A stretch of DNA of 64,000 nucleotides from Squalus acanthias. Its lineage: Eukaryota. The notes beneath the pieces were generated by a model. The model ran no database searches. It saw only the letters and a program-made list of their open reading frames with translations, and was not told the DNA's origin. A program made the translations under genes and the position numbers. The stretch is taken from positions 1-64,000 of the forward strand of contig JASTWF010000036.1 of the NCBI GenBank assembly GCA_030390025.1, read 5' to 3'. Of this stretch, positions 47,630 to 61,718 are shown piece by piece (the stretch's first letter is position 1; each line of letters opens with the position of its first letter).

Positions 47630-48170
47630 ATCTTTTTTTTAGTGATGTTGGTTGAGGGATAAATATTGGCACCAGGACACCGGGGAGAACTCCCCGCCTG
47701 CTCTTCTTCGAAATAGTGGCCGTGGGATCTTTGACATCCGCCTGAGAGGGCAGACAGAGCCTCGGTTTAACGTCTCATCCGAAAGACGGCACCTCCGACA
47801 GTGCGGCGCTCCCTCAGTACCACCCCTCCGACAGTGCGGCGCTCCCTCAGTACTGTCCCTCCGACAGTGCGGCGCTCCCTCAGTACTGACCCTCCGACAG
47901 TGCGGCGCTCGCTCTGTACTGTCCCTCCGACAGTGCGGCGCTCCCTCAGTACCGCCCCTCCGACAGTGCGGCGCTCCCTCAGTACCGCCCCTCCGACAGT
48001 GCGGCGCTCCCTCAGTACTGTCCCTCCGACAGTGCGGCGCTCCCTCAGTACTGACCCTCCGACAGTGCGGCGCTCCCTCAGCACTGACGCTGGTGAGTGT
48101 CGGCTTGGATTACGGGGCTCGAGTCTCTGGAGTGGGGGCTCGACCCCACGAACTTCTGACTCGGAGGTGA
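47630..48170 (-). mobile_element. Deu-SINE with head and 33-bp array (47793-48085)
   Basis: Head, array, Deu domain in order. Confidence 0.85.
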
Positions 48171-48529
48171 GAGAGATTGCTGGGTAAAGGAAGAGTTGGA
48201 AGTGAGTAACAGAGAAGTGAGTCTGAAGGGATTGGGCAGGTGGGGGACGGGAGTGGGTGCCGGACGTTGATTAGCAGGCGGGACAGCTAACCCAAGCGAT
48301 CGAGTGTCTGGGCGGGTGGTGACCGGGCCTGCTGCAGGGGAGGGTAGGGGATCTGCGAGAGATTAATAACGAGTTCTGTTCTGTTCAGACTGTGTCTAGG
48401 GCTGTGTCTGGCTTACATCATTGAAACTAACCAAAGGAGTTTATTTGAAGTGGAAATATTTTCCTGGCTGCGCGTCATTGAAAGTCTGGAGTGACCATCT
48501 GTTCCTGACGCACTGCTGGGTAACTCTTT

Positions 48530-50010
48530 GCCCAGTGCAGCACTGAGGGAGCGCCGCACTGTCGGAGGTGCAGCACTGAGGGAGCGCCGCACTGTCGGAG
48601 GGGCAGTACTGAGGGAGCGCCGCACTGTCGGAGGGGCAGTACTGAGGGAGCGCCGCACTGTCGGAGGGGCAGTACTGAGGGAGCGCCGCACTGTCGGAGG
48701 GGCAGTACTGAGGGAGCGCCGCACTGTCGGAGGGGCAGTACTGAGGGAGCACCGCACTGTCGGAGGGGCGGTACTGAGGGAGCGCCGCACTGTCGGAGGG
48801 GCGGTACTGAGGGAGCGCCGCACTGTCGGAGGGGCAGTACTGAGGGAGCGCCGCGCTGTCGGAGGGGCGGTACTGAGGGAGCGCCGTGCTGTCGGAGGGG
48901 CGGTACTGAGGGAGCGCCGCTCTGTCGGAGGGGTGGTACTGAGGGAGCGCCGCACTGTCGGAGGGGCGGTACTGAGGGCGCGCCGCACTGTCGGAGGGGC
49001 GGTACTGAGGGAGCGCCGCACTGTCGGAGGGGCGGTACTGAAGGAGCGCCGCGCTGTCGGAGGGGCGGTACTGAGGGAGCACCGTGCTGTCGGAGGTGCG
49101 GTACTGAGGGAGCGCCGCACTGTCGGAAGGGCGGTACTGAGGGAGCGCCGCACTGTCGGAGGGGCGGTACTGAGGGAGCGCCGCACTGTCGGAGGGGCGG
49201 TACTGAGGGAGCGCCGCACTGTCGGAGGGGCGGTACTGAGGGAGCGCCGCACTGTCGGAGGGGGCAGTACTGAGGGAGCGCCGCACTGTCGGAGGGGCGG
49301 TACTGAGGGAGCGCTGCACTGTCGGAGGGGCTGTACTGAGGGAGCGCTGCACTGTCGGAGGGGCAGTACTGAGGGAGCGCCGCACTGTCGGAGGGGCTGT
49401 ACTGAGGGAGCGCCGCAATCTCGTAGGGGCAGTACTGAGGGAGCGCCGCACTGTCGGAGGGGCTGTACTGAGGGAGCGCCGCAATCTCGTAGGGGCAGTA
49501 CTGAGGGAGCGCCGCACTGTCGGAGGGGCTGTACTGAGGGAGCGCCGCACTGTCGGAGGGGCGTTACTGAGGGAGCGCCGTACTGTCGGAGGGGCAGTAC
49601 TGAGGGAGCGCCGCACTGTCGGAGGGGCTGTACTGAGGGAGCGCCGTACTGTCGGAGGGGCAGTACTGAGGGAGCGCCGTACTGTCGGAGGGGCAGTACT
49701 GAGGGAGCGCCGCACTGTCGGAGGGGCAGTACTGAGGGAGCGCCGCACCGTCGGAGGGGCGGTACTGAGGGAGCGCCGCACTGTCGGAGGTGCCGTCTTT
49801 CGTTAAACCAAGACTCCGTCTGCCCTCTCAGGTGGACGTAAAAGATCCCAGGAGCCACTATTGGAAGAAGAGCAGGGGAGACGTGACCCCGGTGTCCTGG
49901 TGCCAGTATTATCCCTTAACCAACATCACCCACAAAAGCAAACAGCACAGAATAACCGACCATTTGTTGCATGGTGGAATCTCGCACAGCGCAAATTGTC
50001 CGCTGCATAT
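48530..50010 (+). mobile_element. Deu-SINE with 33-bp array (48537-49790)
   Basis: Array runs into GGTGCCGTCTTTCG and a degenerate Deu domain. Confidence 0.85.
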
Positions 50011-50229
50011 TTCTGCAAGGCTAGGGTAATGGTACAAGGCGAATCTGTTTTATTTATTTTGAGGTCGTTTCGTGGAGTGTGGGATGTGGGGCGACAGGAA
50101 CTTCCCCTTTCATTCATCTCGAAAAAGATCATTAAAAACAAAATGTGTTTGACTCGAGAATAAACGGTCAGTTTCATATTTGGATACAAATCCTCAACAT
50201 GATTCTAATCTTATCGCCGTGTCACGCCC

Positions 50230-51005
50230 CTGACTCAGTGGGTAGCTGTCTCTCTCTCTCTCGCCTGTGGGTAGAAAGATCGTGGGTTCAAGTCCCAACG
50301 CCAGAAACTCGAGCCCCATAATCCAGGCCGACACTCCGACAGCGCGGCACTCCCTCAGTACCGCCCCTCCGACAGTGCGGCGCTCCCTCAGTACCACCCC
50401 TCCGACAGTGCGGCGCTCCCTCAGTACTGCCCCTCCGACAGTGCGGCGCTCCCTCAGTACAGCCCCTCCGACAGTGCGGCGCTCCCTCAGTACCGCCCCT
50501 CCGACAGTGCGGCGCTCCCTCAGTACCACCCCTCCGAGAGTGCGGCGCTCCCTCAGTACTGCCCCTCCGACAGTGCGGCGCTCCCTCAGTACCACCCCTC
50601 CGACAGTGCGCCGCTCCCTCAGTACTGCCCCTCCGACAGTGCGGCGCTCCCTCGGTACCGCCCCTCCGACAGTGCGCCGCTCCCTCAGTACCGCCCCTCC
50701 GACAGTGCGGTGCTCCCTCAGTACTGCACCTCAGACAGTGCGGCGCTCCCTCAGTACTGACCCTCCGACAGTGCGGCGCTCCCTCAGTACCGACCCTCCG
50801 ACAGTGCGGCGCTCCCTCAGTACTGCCCCTCCGACAGTGCGGCGCTCCCTCAGTACTGCACCTCAGACAGTGCGGCGCTCCCTCAGTACTGCACCTCAGA
50901 CAGTGCGGCACTCCCTCAGTACTGGCACTGGGAGCGTCGGCCTGGATTATGGGGGTCGAGTCTGGTGTGGGGGCTCGAACCCACGACCTTCTGACTCAGA
51001 GGCGC
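50230..51005. mobile_element. 33-bp array (50335-50922) flanked by two convergent SINE heads
   Basis: Plus-strand head GGTTCAAGTCC at about 50285; minus-strand head GGCTCGAACC at about 50972. Confidence 0.75.
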
Positions 51006-51049
51006 TAGGGAGAGCTGCGCACTGAACTGAGTGATGATTTATTAGTAGG

Positions 51050-52082
51050 ACACTGAGTAGCGTAGAGGAACAAAGGGACCTTGGAGTGCATGTCCACAGA
51101 TCCCTGAAGGTAGCAGGCCAGGTAGATAAGGTGGTTAAGAAGGCATACGGAATGCTTGCCTTCATTAGCCGTGGCATAGAATACAAGAGCAGGGGGGTTA
51201 TGCTTCATAGAAACATAGAAACATATCTAGGAGCAGGAGTAGGCCATTCGGCCCGTCGAGCCTGCTCCACCATTCAATACGATCATGGCTGATCATCCAA
51301 ATCCAGTACCCTGTCCCTGCTTTAATCCCCACAGTACACATATCCCACCCTACCCCCGTAACCCCACGTATTTAATTCCCCCTAACATATCCCATCCTAT
51401 CCCCATAACCCCACATATTTAATCCCCCCCTAACACTAAGGGTCAATTTATCATAGCCAAATCAACCTAACCCGCACATTTTTGGATTTTGGATTATACA
51501 TTTTCAAATGTATAAAACACTAGTTAGGCCTCAGCTAGAGTACTGCGTGCAGTTCTGGTCACCACATTACAGGAAGGATGTGACCGCACTAGAGAGGGTG
51601 CAGAGGAGATTTACAAGGATGTTGCCGGGAGTAGAGAATCTTAGCGATGAGGAAAGACTGGATAGGCTGGGTTTGGTTTCCCTTGGAACAGAGGAGGCTG
51701 AGGGGAGACCTTCTCGAGGTGCATAAAATTATGAGGGGCCTAGATAAAGTGGATAGACAGGACCTGTTTCCCTTAGCAGAGGGGTCAAAAACCAGGGGGC
51801 ACAGGTTTAAAGTAATTGGGGGAAGGTTTAGAGGGGATTTGAGGGGAAATTTCTTCACCCAGAGGGTTGTGGGGGTCTGGAACTCACTGCCTGAAAGGGT
51901 GGTCGAGGCAGGAACCCTAACCACATTTAAAACGTACTTGGATGTGCACTTGGGATGCTCTAATCTGCAGGGCTACGGACCAGGAGCTGGGCAGTGGGAT
52001 TAGGCTGGATAGCTCTTTGTTGGACACGATGGGCCGAAATGGCCTCCTTCCGTGCTGTAACTTTCTTTGATTCTATGATTCT
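51050..52082 (+). mobile_element. CR1 fragment with nested CR1 tail (-) and HE1-like SINE piece (-, about 51335-51495)
   Basis: Peptides resume across the insertions. Confidence 0.8.
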
Positions 52083-52126
52083 ATGGCGAGTTTCTGATTT
52101 TTAAACTCAGCCCTCACTCTTGTTTA

Positions 52127-53010
52127 AGATCCCACGGGCCAGTATTTCGAAGAAGAGCAGGCGGGGTGCGGGGGGAGTTATCCCCGGTGTCCTGGGGCCG
52201 ATATTAATCCTTCAGCCAACATCACTAAAACAGATGATCTGGTCATTTATCACATTGCTGTTTGTGGGAGCTTGCTGTGCGCAAATTGGCTGCCACGTTT
52301 CCTACATTACAACAGTGACCACACTTCCAAAAAAAGTACTTCATTGGCTGTGAAGCGCTTTGGGACGTCCTGAGGTGGTGAAAGGCGCTGGAGAAATGCA
52401 ACCAGCCCAGACACTAAATTCTTTAGGATCCGTAACCCTTAATACCCTTACCCAACAAAAATCCATCGATCTCAGTTTTGAAAGCGCCAATTGACCCCCA
52501 GCCTCGACAGCTTTTTTTGGGGGGGAGAGAGTTCCAGATTTCCATCGCCCTTTGTGTGAAGAAGTGCTTCCTGACATCACCCCTGAACGGCCTGGCTCTA
52601 ATTTTAAGGTTCTGCCCCCACTTGTTCTGGACTCCCCCAACCAGAGGAAATAGTTTCTCTCTATCGACCCTATCGAATCCTTTAATCATCTCAAACACCT
52701 CGATTGGATCAACCCCTTAATCTTCTACACTCGAGGGAACACAAGCCTCGTCTGTGCAACCTGTCCTCGTAATTTAACCCCTTTTAACCACCCTGGGGTA
52801 ACATTCTGGTGAATCTGCGCTGCTCCCCCTCCGAGGCCAATATATCCTTCCTGAGGTGCGGGCCCCGGGACTGAACGCAGTCGCTCCAGTCGGGCTCTGA
52901 CCAGAGCTTTACATAAACCGTAGCATCACTTCCAACCCCTTTGAGCTCCAGCCCCCTCGAGATAAAGGACAACATTCCATTAGCCTTTTTGATTATGTTT
53001 TTGTACAATT
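52127..53010. mobile_element. Deu-SINE 3' half (+) followed by a CR1 fragment (-)
   Basis: Family motifs as above. Confidence 0.8.
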
Positions 53011-53164
53011 TCACAATTCACAGAAGGTTAAGAGGAGATTTAATCGAGTTTTTTTTTTCCTTTTAGGTCAATCAAAGGTTTTGAGAGGGTGAACAGGGAA
53101 AGATTATAGAAAGCCCTGAGTTCAGCCTTGTCCAATATAGTCATCATTCTCCCCCCCCACAACT

Positions 53165-55665
53165 GTGCTCGCTGACCTACACTGGCTCCCGGTCCGGCAA
53201 CGCCTCAATTTTAAAATCCTCACCCTTGTGTTCGAATACCTCGGTGGCCTCCTCGCTCCCCACTCCCTATCTCTGTAACCTCCTCCAGCCCCTACAACCC
53301 TCCCTATCTCTGTATCCTCCATCCCCTACAACCCTCCCTATCTCTGTAACCTCCTCCAGCCCCTACAACCCTCCCTATCTCTGTATCCTCCAGCCCCCTA
53401 CAACCCTCCCTATCTCTGTAACCTCCTCCAGCCCCTACAACCCTCCCTATCTCTGTAACCTCCTCCAGCCCCCTACAACCCTCCCTATCTCTGTATCCTC
53501 CAGCCCCCTACAACCCTCCCTATCTCTGTATCCTCCAGCCCCCTACAACCCTCCCTATCTCTGTAACTTCCTCCAGCCCCTACAACACTCCCTATCTCTG
53601 TAACCTCCTCCAGCCCCCTACAACCCTCCCTATCTCTGTATCCTCCAGCCCCCTACAACCCTCCCTATCTCTGTAACTTCCTCCAGCCCCTACAACCCTC
53701 CCTATCTCTGTAACCTCCTCCAGCCCCTACAACCCTCCCTATCTCTGTATCCTCCAGCCCCCTACAACCCTCCCTAACTCTGTAACTTCCTCCAGCCCCT
53801 ACAACCCTCCCTATCTCTGTAACCTCCTCCAGCCCCCTACACCCCTCCCTATCTCTGTAACCTCCTCCAGCCCCTACAACCCTCCCTATCTCTGTAACTA
53901 CCTCCAGCCCCTACAACCCTCCCTATCTCTGTAACCTCCTCCAGCCCCCGACAACCCTCCCTATCTCTGTAACCTCCTCCAGCCCCTACAACCCTCCCTA
54001 TCTCTGTAACCTCCTCCAGCCCCTACAACCCTCCCTATCTCTGTAACATCCTCCAGCCCCCTACAACGCTCCCTATCTCTGTAACCTCCTCCAGTCCCCT
54101 ACAACCCTCCCTATCTCTGTAACCTCCTCCAGCCCCTACAACCCTCCCTATCTCTGTAACCTCCTCCAGCCCCCGACAACCCTCCCTATCTCTGTAACCT
54201 CCTCCAGTCCCTACAACCCTCCCTATCTCTGTAACCTCCTCCAGCCCCCTACAACCCTCACTATCTCTGTAACCTCCTCCAACCCCTACAACCCTCCCTA
54301 TCTCTGTAACCTCCTCCAGCCCCTACAACCCTCCCTATCTCTGTAACCTCCTCCAGCCCCCTACAACCCTCCCTATCTCTGTAACCTCCTCCAGCCCCTA
54401 CAACCCTCCCTATCTCTGTAACCTCCTCCAGCCCCCTACAACCCTCCCTATCTCTGTAACCTCCTGCAGCCCCTACAACCCTCCCTATCTCTGTAACCTC
54501 CTCCAGCCCCCTACAACCCTCCCTATCTCTGTAACCTCCTCCAGCCCCTACAACTTTCCCTATCTCTGTAACCTCCTCCAGCCACTACAACCTTCCCTAT
54601 CTCTGTAACCTCCTCCAGCCCCCTACAACCCTCCCTATCTCTGTAACCTCCTCCAGCCCCCTACAACCCTCCCTATCTCTGTAACCTCCTCCAGCCCCCT
54701 ACAACCCTCCCTATCTCTGTAACCTCCTCCAGCCCCCTACAACCCTCCCTATCTCTGTAACCTCCTCCAGCCCCTACAACCCTCCCTATCTCTGTAACCT
54801 CCTCCAGCCCCCTACAACCCTCCCTATCTCTGTAACCTCCTCCAGCCCCTACAACCCTCCCTATCTCTGTAACCTCCTCCAGCCCCCTACAACCCTCCCT
54901 ATCTCTGTAACCTCCCCAGCCCCTACAACCCTCCCTATCTCTGTAACCTCCTCCAGCCCCCTACAACCCTCCCTATCTCTGTAACCTCCTCCAGCCCCCT
55001 ACAACCCTCCCTATCTCTGTAACCTCCCCCAGCCCCTACAACCCTCCCTATCTCTGTAACCTCCTCCAGCCCCCTACAACCCTCCCTATCTCTGTAACCT
55101 CCTCCAGCCTCTACAACCCTCCCTATCTCTGTAACCTCCTCCAGCCCCCTACAACCCTCCCTATCTCTGTAACCTCCTCCAGCCCCCTACAACCCTCCCT
55201 ATCCCTGTAACCTCCTCCAGCCCCCTACATCCCTCCCTATCTCTGTAACCTCCTCCAGCCCCTACAACCCTCCCTATCTCTGTAACCTCCTCCAGCCCCT
55301 ACAACCCTCCCTATCTCTGTAACCTCCTCCAGCCCCTACAACCCTCCCTATCTCTGTAACCTCCTCCAGCCCCTACAACCCTCCGAGATCTCTGCGCTCC
55401 TCCAATTCTGGCCTCTTGTCCATCCCCGATTTCCATCGCTCCACCATTGGCGGCCGTGCCTTCAGCTGCCTGGGCCCTAAGCTCTGGAATTCCCTCCCTG
55501 AACCTCTCCGCCTCTCTCTCCTCCTTTTAGACGCTCCTTAAAACCTCCCTCTTCGACCAAGCTTTTGGTCACCTGTCCCTAATTTCTCCTTATGTGGCTC
55601 GGTGTCGAATTTGTATTTGACAATCGCTCCTGTGAAGCATCTTGGAACGTTTTACGACATTAAAG
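53165..55665 (+). mobile_element. L2-type LINE 3' end with a 2.1-kb internal 37-38 bp array (about 53265-55384)
   Basis: L2 sequence on both sides of the array. Confidence 0.88.
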
Positions 55666-55869
55666 AGGCTGAACGAACGAAACCTGTTGTTGCTGTTGAG
55701 ATGTTCGTGTTGCCCACACTGCGATCATCAGAGGGACAGAATTGGATTTCCCCTCCCTGTGTGACTCACATCTGTCTTTGTTTCGACTCTCACACGCACT
55801 GCGCACTTTTACTAAACCATCGCTTGTTTTCCTACCCCTGTCTCCCTACTCGTGGAATCAAAATATCGC

Positions 55870-56870
55870 ACAGCACAGGAGGAGGCCATTCAGCCCATCG
55901 TGCCTGTGCCGGCTCTTTGAACGAGCTCTCCAATTAGTCCCACTCTCCCCCCTGCTCTTTCCCCCGTAGCCCTGTGAATTTTTCCCCTTCAAGTATTTAT
56001 CCAATTCCCCTTTTGAAAGTTACTATTGAATCTGCTCCCACCGCCCTTTCAGGCAGCGCGTTCCAGATCACAACAACTCGCTGCGTAAAAAAACAAATTC
56101 TCCTCATCTCCCCCCTCTGGCTCTTTTGCCGATTATCTTCAATCTGTGTCCTCTGGTTACCGACCCTCCTGCCACTGGAAACAATTTCTCCCTCTCTACT
56201 CGATCAAAACCCCTCGTAATTTTGAACGCCTCTATTAATTCTCCTCTTAACCTTCTCTGCTCCAAGGAGAACAACCCCAGCTTCTCCAGTCTCTCCGTGT
56301 AACTGAAGTCCCTCATCCCCTGGTACCGTTCTGGTAAATCTCCCTCTTAACCTTCTCTGCTCTAAGGAGAACAATCCCAGCTTCTCCAGTCTCTCCGTGT
56401 AACTGAAGTCCCTCATCCCCTGGAACCATTCCGGTCAATCTCCCCCTTAACCTTCTCTGCTCCAAGGAGAACAACCCCAGCTTCTCCAGTCTCTCCACCT
56501 CACTGAAGTCCCTCATCCCCTGGAACCATTCTGGTCAATCTCTCCCTTAACCTTCTCTGCTCTAAGGAGAACAATCCCAGCTTCTCCAGTCTCTCCACCT
56601 CACTGAAGTCCCTCATCCCCTGGTACCATTCTGGTCAATCTCCTCGACACCCTCTCCAAGGCCCTTGACATCCTTCCTAAAGTGCGGTGCCCAGAACTGG
56701 GACTCAGTGCTCCAGCTGGGGTCTAACCAGTGATTCTTTTGCCGATTATCTTCAATCTGTGTCCTCTGGATGACCGACCCTCCTGCCACTGGAAACAGTT
56801 TCTCCCTCTCTACTCTATCCAAAAACCCTTCGCAATTTCGAGCGCCTCTACTGAATCTCCCCTGAACCTT
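55870..56870 (-). mobile_element. CR1 fragment with about 4 tandem ~100-bp internal duplications (56249-56645)
   Basis: Repeated MRDFS..ERLEKLGLFSLEQRRLRG unit at 100-bp spacing. Confidence 0.85.
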
Positions 56871-57114
56871 CGTTGCGTACTTCAGTTATGCACAGGAAGC
56901 CACCGGTTGAAGAAAAAGCCATTTCAGACACTGACACCTTGGCTAACACTCTGCTCAGCTTCTCGCCTCAGCGCAGACTGACCTTTTCGAATCAGACGTG
57001 AAGTGACAGACAGTTGGGAGGGAGACGCCCGCGTGAAACAGCTTTCACGTGACTCACTTCCCCATCAGCCCTTCCCTCCCCTCCTTTATCCCTCCCTTCC
57101 GACAGACACTTCAT

Positions 57115-57855
57115 TCTGGGGACAGTCCAGAACAAGGGGGGGGGAGGCGTAACCTTAAAATTAGAGCCAGGCCTGTTCAGGGCTGATATCAGGAAGCACT
57201 TCTTCACACAAAGGGTGGTGGAAATCTGGAACTCTCTCTTCCCCACAAAAAGCTGTCGATGCTGGGGGGTCAATTGGAGCTTTCAAAACTGAGATCGATA
57301 GTTTTTGTTGGGTAAGGGGCTCGAGGGATATGGAGCAAAGGCAGGTGGATGGAGACATGGTCTGATTGAATGGTGGAACAGGCTCGAGGGGAGCTGAATG
57401 GCCTCCTCCTGTTCCTAATGTAACAGGCTCGAGGGGTTGAATGGCCTCCTCCTGTTCCTAATGTAACAGGCTCGAGGGGGGCTGAACGGCCTCCTCCTGT
57501 TCCTAATGTAACAGGCTCGAGGGGGGCTGAATGGCCTCCTCCTGTTCCTAACGTAACAGGCTCGCGAGGGGGGCTGAATGGACGTAAAAGATCCCACAGG
57601 CCACTATTCCGAAGAAGAGCTGGGGTGGGGGGAGTTCTCCCCGGTGTCCTGAGGCCGATATTTATCCCTGAACCAACATCACTAAAAACAGATGATCTGG
57701 TCATTTATCACATCGCTGTTTGTGGGAGCTTGCTGTGCGCAAATTGGCTGCCGCGTTTCCTACATTACAACAAGTGACCACACTTCAAAAAATTGGCTGT
57801 GAAAGCGCTTTGGGACGTCCTGAGGTGGTGGAAGGGGCCGGGGAAATCTTTCTTA
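57115..57855 (+). mobile_element. CR1 3' end with a short 43-46 bp array, fused to a Deu-SINE 3' half
   Basis: Junction GCTGAATGG/ACGTAAAAGATCC at about 57580. Confidence 0.8.
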
Positions 57856-58277
57856 ATTCTTTTAATCAGCGCTGAGCAGAACGGGTCCGAGCGAGAGACA
57901 GGGAAATCCTGTCCCGAGCAGCGACAGTCTGGACAATGTTCCCTATCTTTCCACAACTCCTGCATCCGCAGCGACTTCCTCTCTCGCTCTCGCTCTCTCT
58001 CTCTCGGCGGGATGAGGTTATTTTTCCCGGGGCTCTGATTTCGCATTGCTCCCTGATTGCGAGGCCGGGGAAAGGGGAAAGGGAGTGGGGGGGAGGGGGG
58101 GGGGGGTGTGTGAGAGCTATACTGGCGACCGCGAGAGAGCTTCTCTCTTCCCCCTTCGCCCAAAACCCATCCACTCCCCCGCCCCAGCGCCCACAGCTAC
58201 CTGACCCCCGCGTGAGCCCCCCCCTTATTCCCGCGGGAATGCTGGGCTGGCGGTTAATTCCGTCCTCCGGAAACTCC

Positions 58278-59605
58278 GTTCACCCATCGCTCCCCCCCGC
58301 CCGCCACTACTGCTCGCCGACGTACACTGGCTCCCAGACCGGCAAAGCCTCGATTTCAAAATTCTCATCCTCTTGTTCAAATCCCTCCGTGGCCTCCTCA
58401 CTCCCCCTCCATATCTCTGTAACCTCCTCCAGCCCCCTACAACCCTCCCTATCTCTGTAACCTCCTCCAGCCCCCTACAACCCTCCCTATCTCTGTAACC
58501 TCCTCCAGCCCCTACAACCCTCCCTATCTCCGTAACCTCCTCCAGCCCCCTACAACCCTCCCTATCTCTGTAACCTCCTCCAGCCCCCTACAATCCTCCC
58601 TATCTCTGTAACCTCCTCCAGCCCCCTACAACCCTCCCTATCTCTGTAACCTCCTCCAGCCCCTACAATCCTCCCTATCTCTGTAACCTCCTCCAGCCCC
58701 TACAACCCTCCCTATCTCCGTAACCTCCTCCAGCCCCCTACAACCCTCCCTATCTCTGTAACCTCCTCCAGCCCCCTACAATCCTCCCTATCTCTGTAAC
58801 CTCCTCCAGCCCCCTACAACCCTCCCTATCTCTGTAACCTCCTCCAGCCCCTACAACCCTCCCTATCTCCGTAACCTCCTCCAGCCCCCTACAACCCTCC
58901 CTATCTCTGTAACCTCCTCCAGCCCCTACAACCCTCCCTATCTCCGTAACCTCCTCCAGCCCCCTACAACCCTCCCTATCTCTGTAACCTCCTCCAGCCC
59001 TCTACAACCCTCCCTATCTCTGTAACCTCCTCCAGCCCCCTACAACCCTCCCTATCTCTGTAACCTCCTCCAGCCCCTACAACCCTCCCTATCTCCGTAA
59101 CCTCCTCCAGCCCCCTACAACCCTCCCTATCTCTGTAACCTCCTCCAGCCCCTACAACCCTCCCTATCTCCGTAACCTCCTCCAGCCCCCTACAACCCTC
59201 CCTATCTCTGTAACCTCCTCCAGCCCCCTACAACCCTCCCTATCTCTGTAACCTCCTCCAGCCCCTACAACCCTCCCTATCTCTGTAACCTCCTCCACCC
59301 CTCTACAACCCTCCCAGATCTCTGCGCTCCTCCAATTCTGCCCTCTTGCGCATCCCCCCCACCCCCCCCCCGATTTCCATCGCTCCACCATTGGCGGCCG
59401 TGCCTTCAGACGCCTGGGCCCTAAGCTCTGGAATTCCCTCCCTAAACCTCTCCACCTCTCTCTCTCCTCCTTTAAGACGCTCCTCAAAACCTACCACTTT
59501 GACCACGCATTTGGTCACCTGTTCCTAATATCTCCTGATGTGGTTCGGGTCCAAATTCTTTTTGTTTACGCTCCTGGGTGATGATTTACTACGTTAAAGG
59601 CGCTG
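58278..59605 (+). mobile_element. L2-type LINE 3' end with 37-38 bp array (about 58412-59315)
   Basis: Same family and unit as 53165-55665. Confidence 0.85.
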
Positions 59606-59934
59606 AATGTGAATTGTTGTGGGTCACATATGCCTCTTGTCTCTCTCTCTCTATTTGAAAAACAACCTCCCTCCGCGCCCCCACCCCCCAACTCTCCGAC
59701 GGACGGTCACAAAACCAAGGCTTCCCGTCAACCAGATCCCAATACAACTGCTGCTCTCTCCCACGCTCTTTGCACTCTCCACGGGGGACCTGCTCTGCGG
59801 ACTTCAGCCCTTCAACTGGGTTTGTTGGAAAGCAAGAGAGCGAGAGAAAGAGAGGAGAGAGAGGGAGAGACAGAGAGAGAAAGAAACAGAATGAAAAAGG
59901 AAAGCGAGGGTGAGAGAGAGAGAGAGAGAGGGGA

Positions 59935-60680
59935 AGAACTCGCATTTCTCCAGCGCCTTTCACCACCTCAGGATGTCCCAAAGCCCTTCACAGCCAATTA
60001 AGTACTTTTATTGAAGTGTGGTCGCTGTTTTAATGTGGGAAACGCAGCAGCCAATCTGCGCACAGCAAGCTCCCACAAACAGCAATGTGATAAATGACCA
60101 GATAATCTGTTTTAGTGATGTTGGTTGAGGGATAAAAATTGGCCTCAGGACACCGGGGAGAACTCCCTCCCATGCTCTTCTTCGAATTAGTGGCCGTGGG
60201 ATCTTTTACATCCACCTGAGAGGGCAGAAGGGGCCTCGGTTTAACGTCTCATCTGATAGACGGCACCTCAGACAGTGCGGCGCTCCCTCAGTACCGCCCC
60301 TCCGACAGTGTGGCGCTCCCTCAGTACCGCCCCTCTGACAGTGCGGCGCTCCCTCAGTACTGCCCCTCCGACAGTGCGGCACTCCCTCAGTACCGCCCCT
60401 CCGACAGTGCGGCGCTCCCTCAGTACTGCCCCTCCGACAGTGCGGCGCTCCCTCAGTACTGCCCCTCCCACAGTGCGGCGCTCCCTCAGTACTGCCCCTC
60501 CGACAGTGCGGCACTCCCTCAGTACTGCCCCTCCGACAGTGCGGCGCTCCCTCAGTACTGCCCCTCCGACAGTGCGGCGCTCCCTCAGTCCTGGCACCGG
60601 GGAGTGTCGGCCTGGATTACGGGGCTTGAGTCTCTGGAGTGGGGGCTCGAACCCACTAACTTCTGACTTGGAGGCGAGAG
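59935..60680 (-). mobile_element. Near full-length Deu-SINE with 33-bp array (about 60266-60590)
   Basis: Head, array, Deu domain and tail. Confidence 0.88.
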
Positions 60681-61021
60681 ACAGAGAGAGACTCACTGAG
60701 TCTGTGTTAAGGTCGGGTTGACAAAATTGCTGTCATGTCAAGTTCTGAATGCACACAGCTGGGCTCCGGCTGTGCTGTGAGGTGTGAGTGAGGAGGGCTG
60801 GTAAGGTGGGGAGTTGTTAACGCTGTAATGTTTACTACAAACACCCACAGGTTAGGTAGCGTGCTCACCCGATGCTCAGTCTAGCCGCAGAGCCAGGTGC
60901 TGGGACAGGGTCAGCGCGGAGCGGGCTCGGGTATCAGAGCGGCATCTCGCTCCAACTCCACCACAAAGCTCAGCCTCACCTTGATAAGCAGCTGTGAGCC
61001 ATTTCCCCTCTGACAGACCGG

Positions 61022-61031
61022 GACAGAGAGA

Positions 61032-61107
<76 letters not shown>

Positions 61108-61168
61108 GAGAGAGAGACAGAGAGAGACAGAGAGAGAGAGACAGAGTGAGGGAGAGACAGAGAGAGAC

Positions 61169-61209
<41 letters not shown>

Positions 61210-61542
61210 GAGAGAGACAGAGAGAGACAGTGACAGAGAGAGAAACAGAAAGCGAGGGAGAGTGAAAGAGTGAGAGAGAGTGAGAGAGTGAGAGAGAGAC
61301 AGAGAGAGAGAGATAGAGTGAGAGAGAGTGAGAGAGAGAGAGACAGAGACAGAGAGAGAGAGAGACACAGAGAGAGAGAGAGAGACACAGAGAGAGAGAG
61401 AGACAGAGAATGAGAGAGAGAGACAGAGAGAGAGAGAGAGACAGAGAGAGAGAGACAGAGAGAGAGAGACAGAGAGAGAGAGACAGAGAGAGAGTCAGAG
61501 AGAGAGAGAGAGGAGAGAGAGACAGAGAGAGAGAGAGAGAGG
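61022..61542. repeat. (GA)n/(GACA) microsatellite
   Basis: Visible dinucleotide tract. Confidence 0.95.
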
Positions 61543-61718
61543 GACTGGGAAAGGAGAGTAAATTGCAGGCAACCCTGGGTTTGCAACATCTCAACTCAGG
61601 AAACATTTTACAATTTGGTGTGGCCGATTCAACCAGACCAGCGCCAGTCTACATCATGGACTCTACCCCACACATTTAACCTCCTCCCACAGCCCATGTA
61701 CACTCTGCCCTATCATGG

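Noticed and set aside
60876..61606. Ser/Leu- and Arg/Glu-rich ORFs
   Set aside because: Translations of the (GA)n microsatellite.
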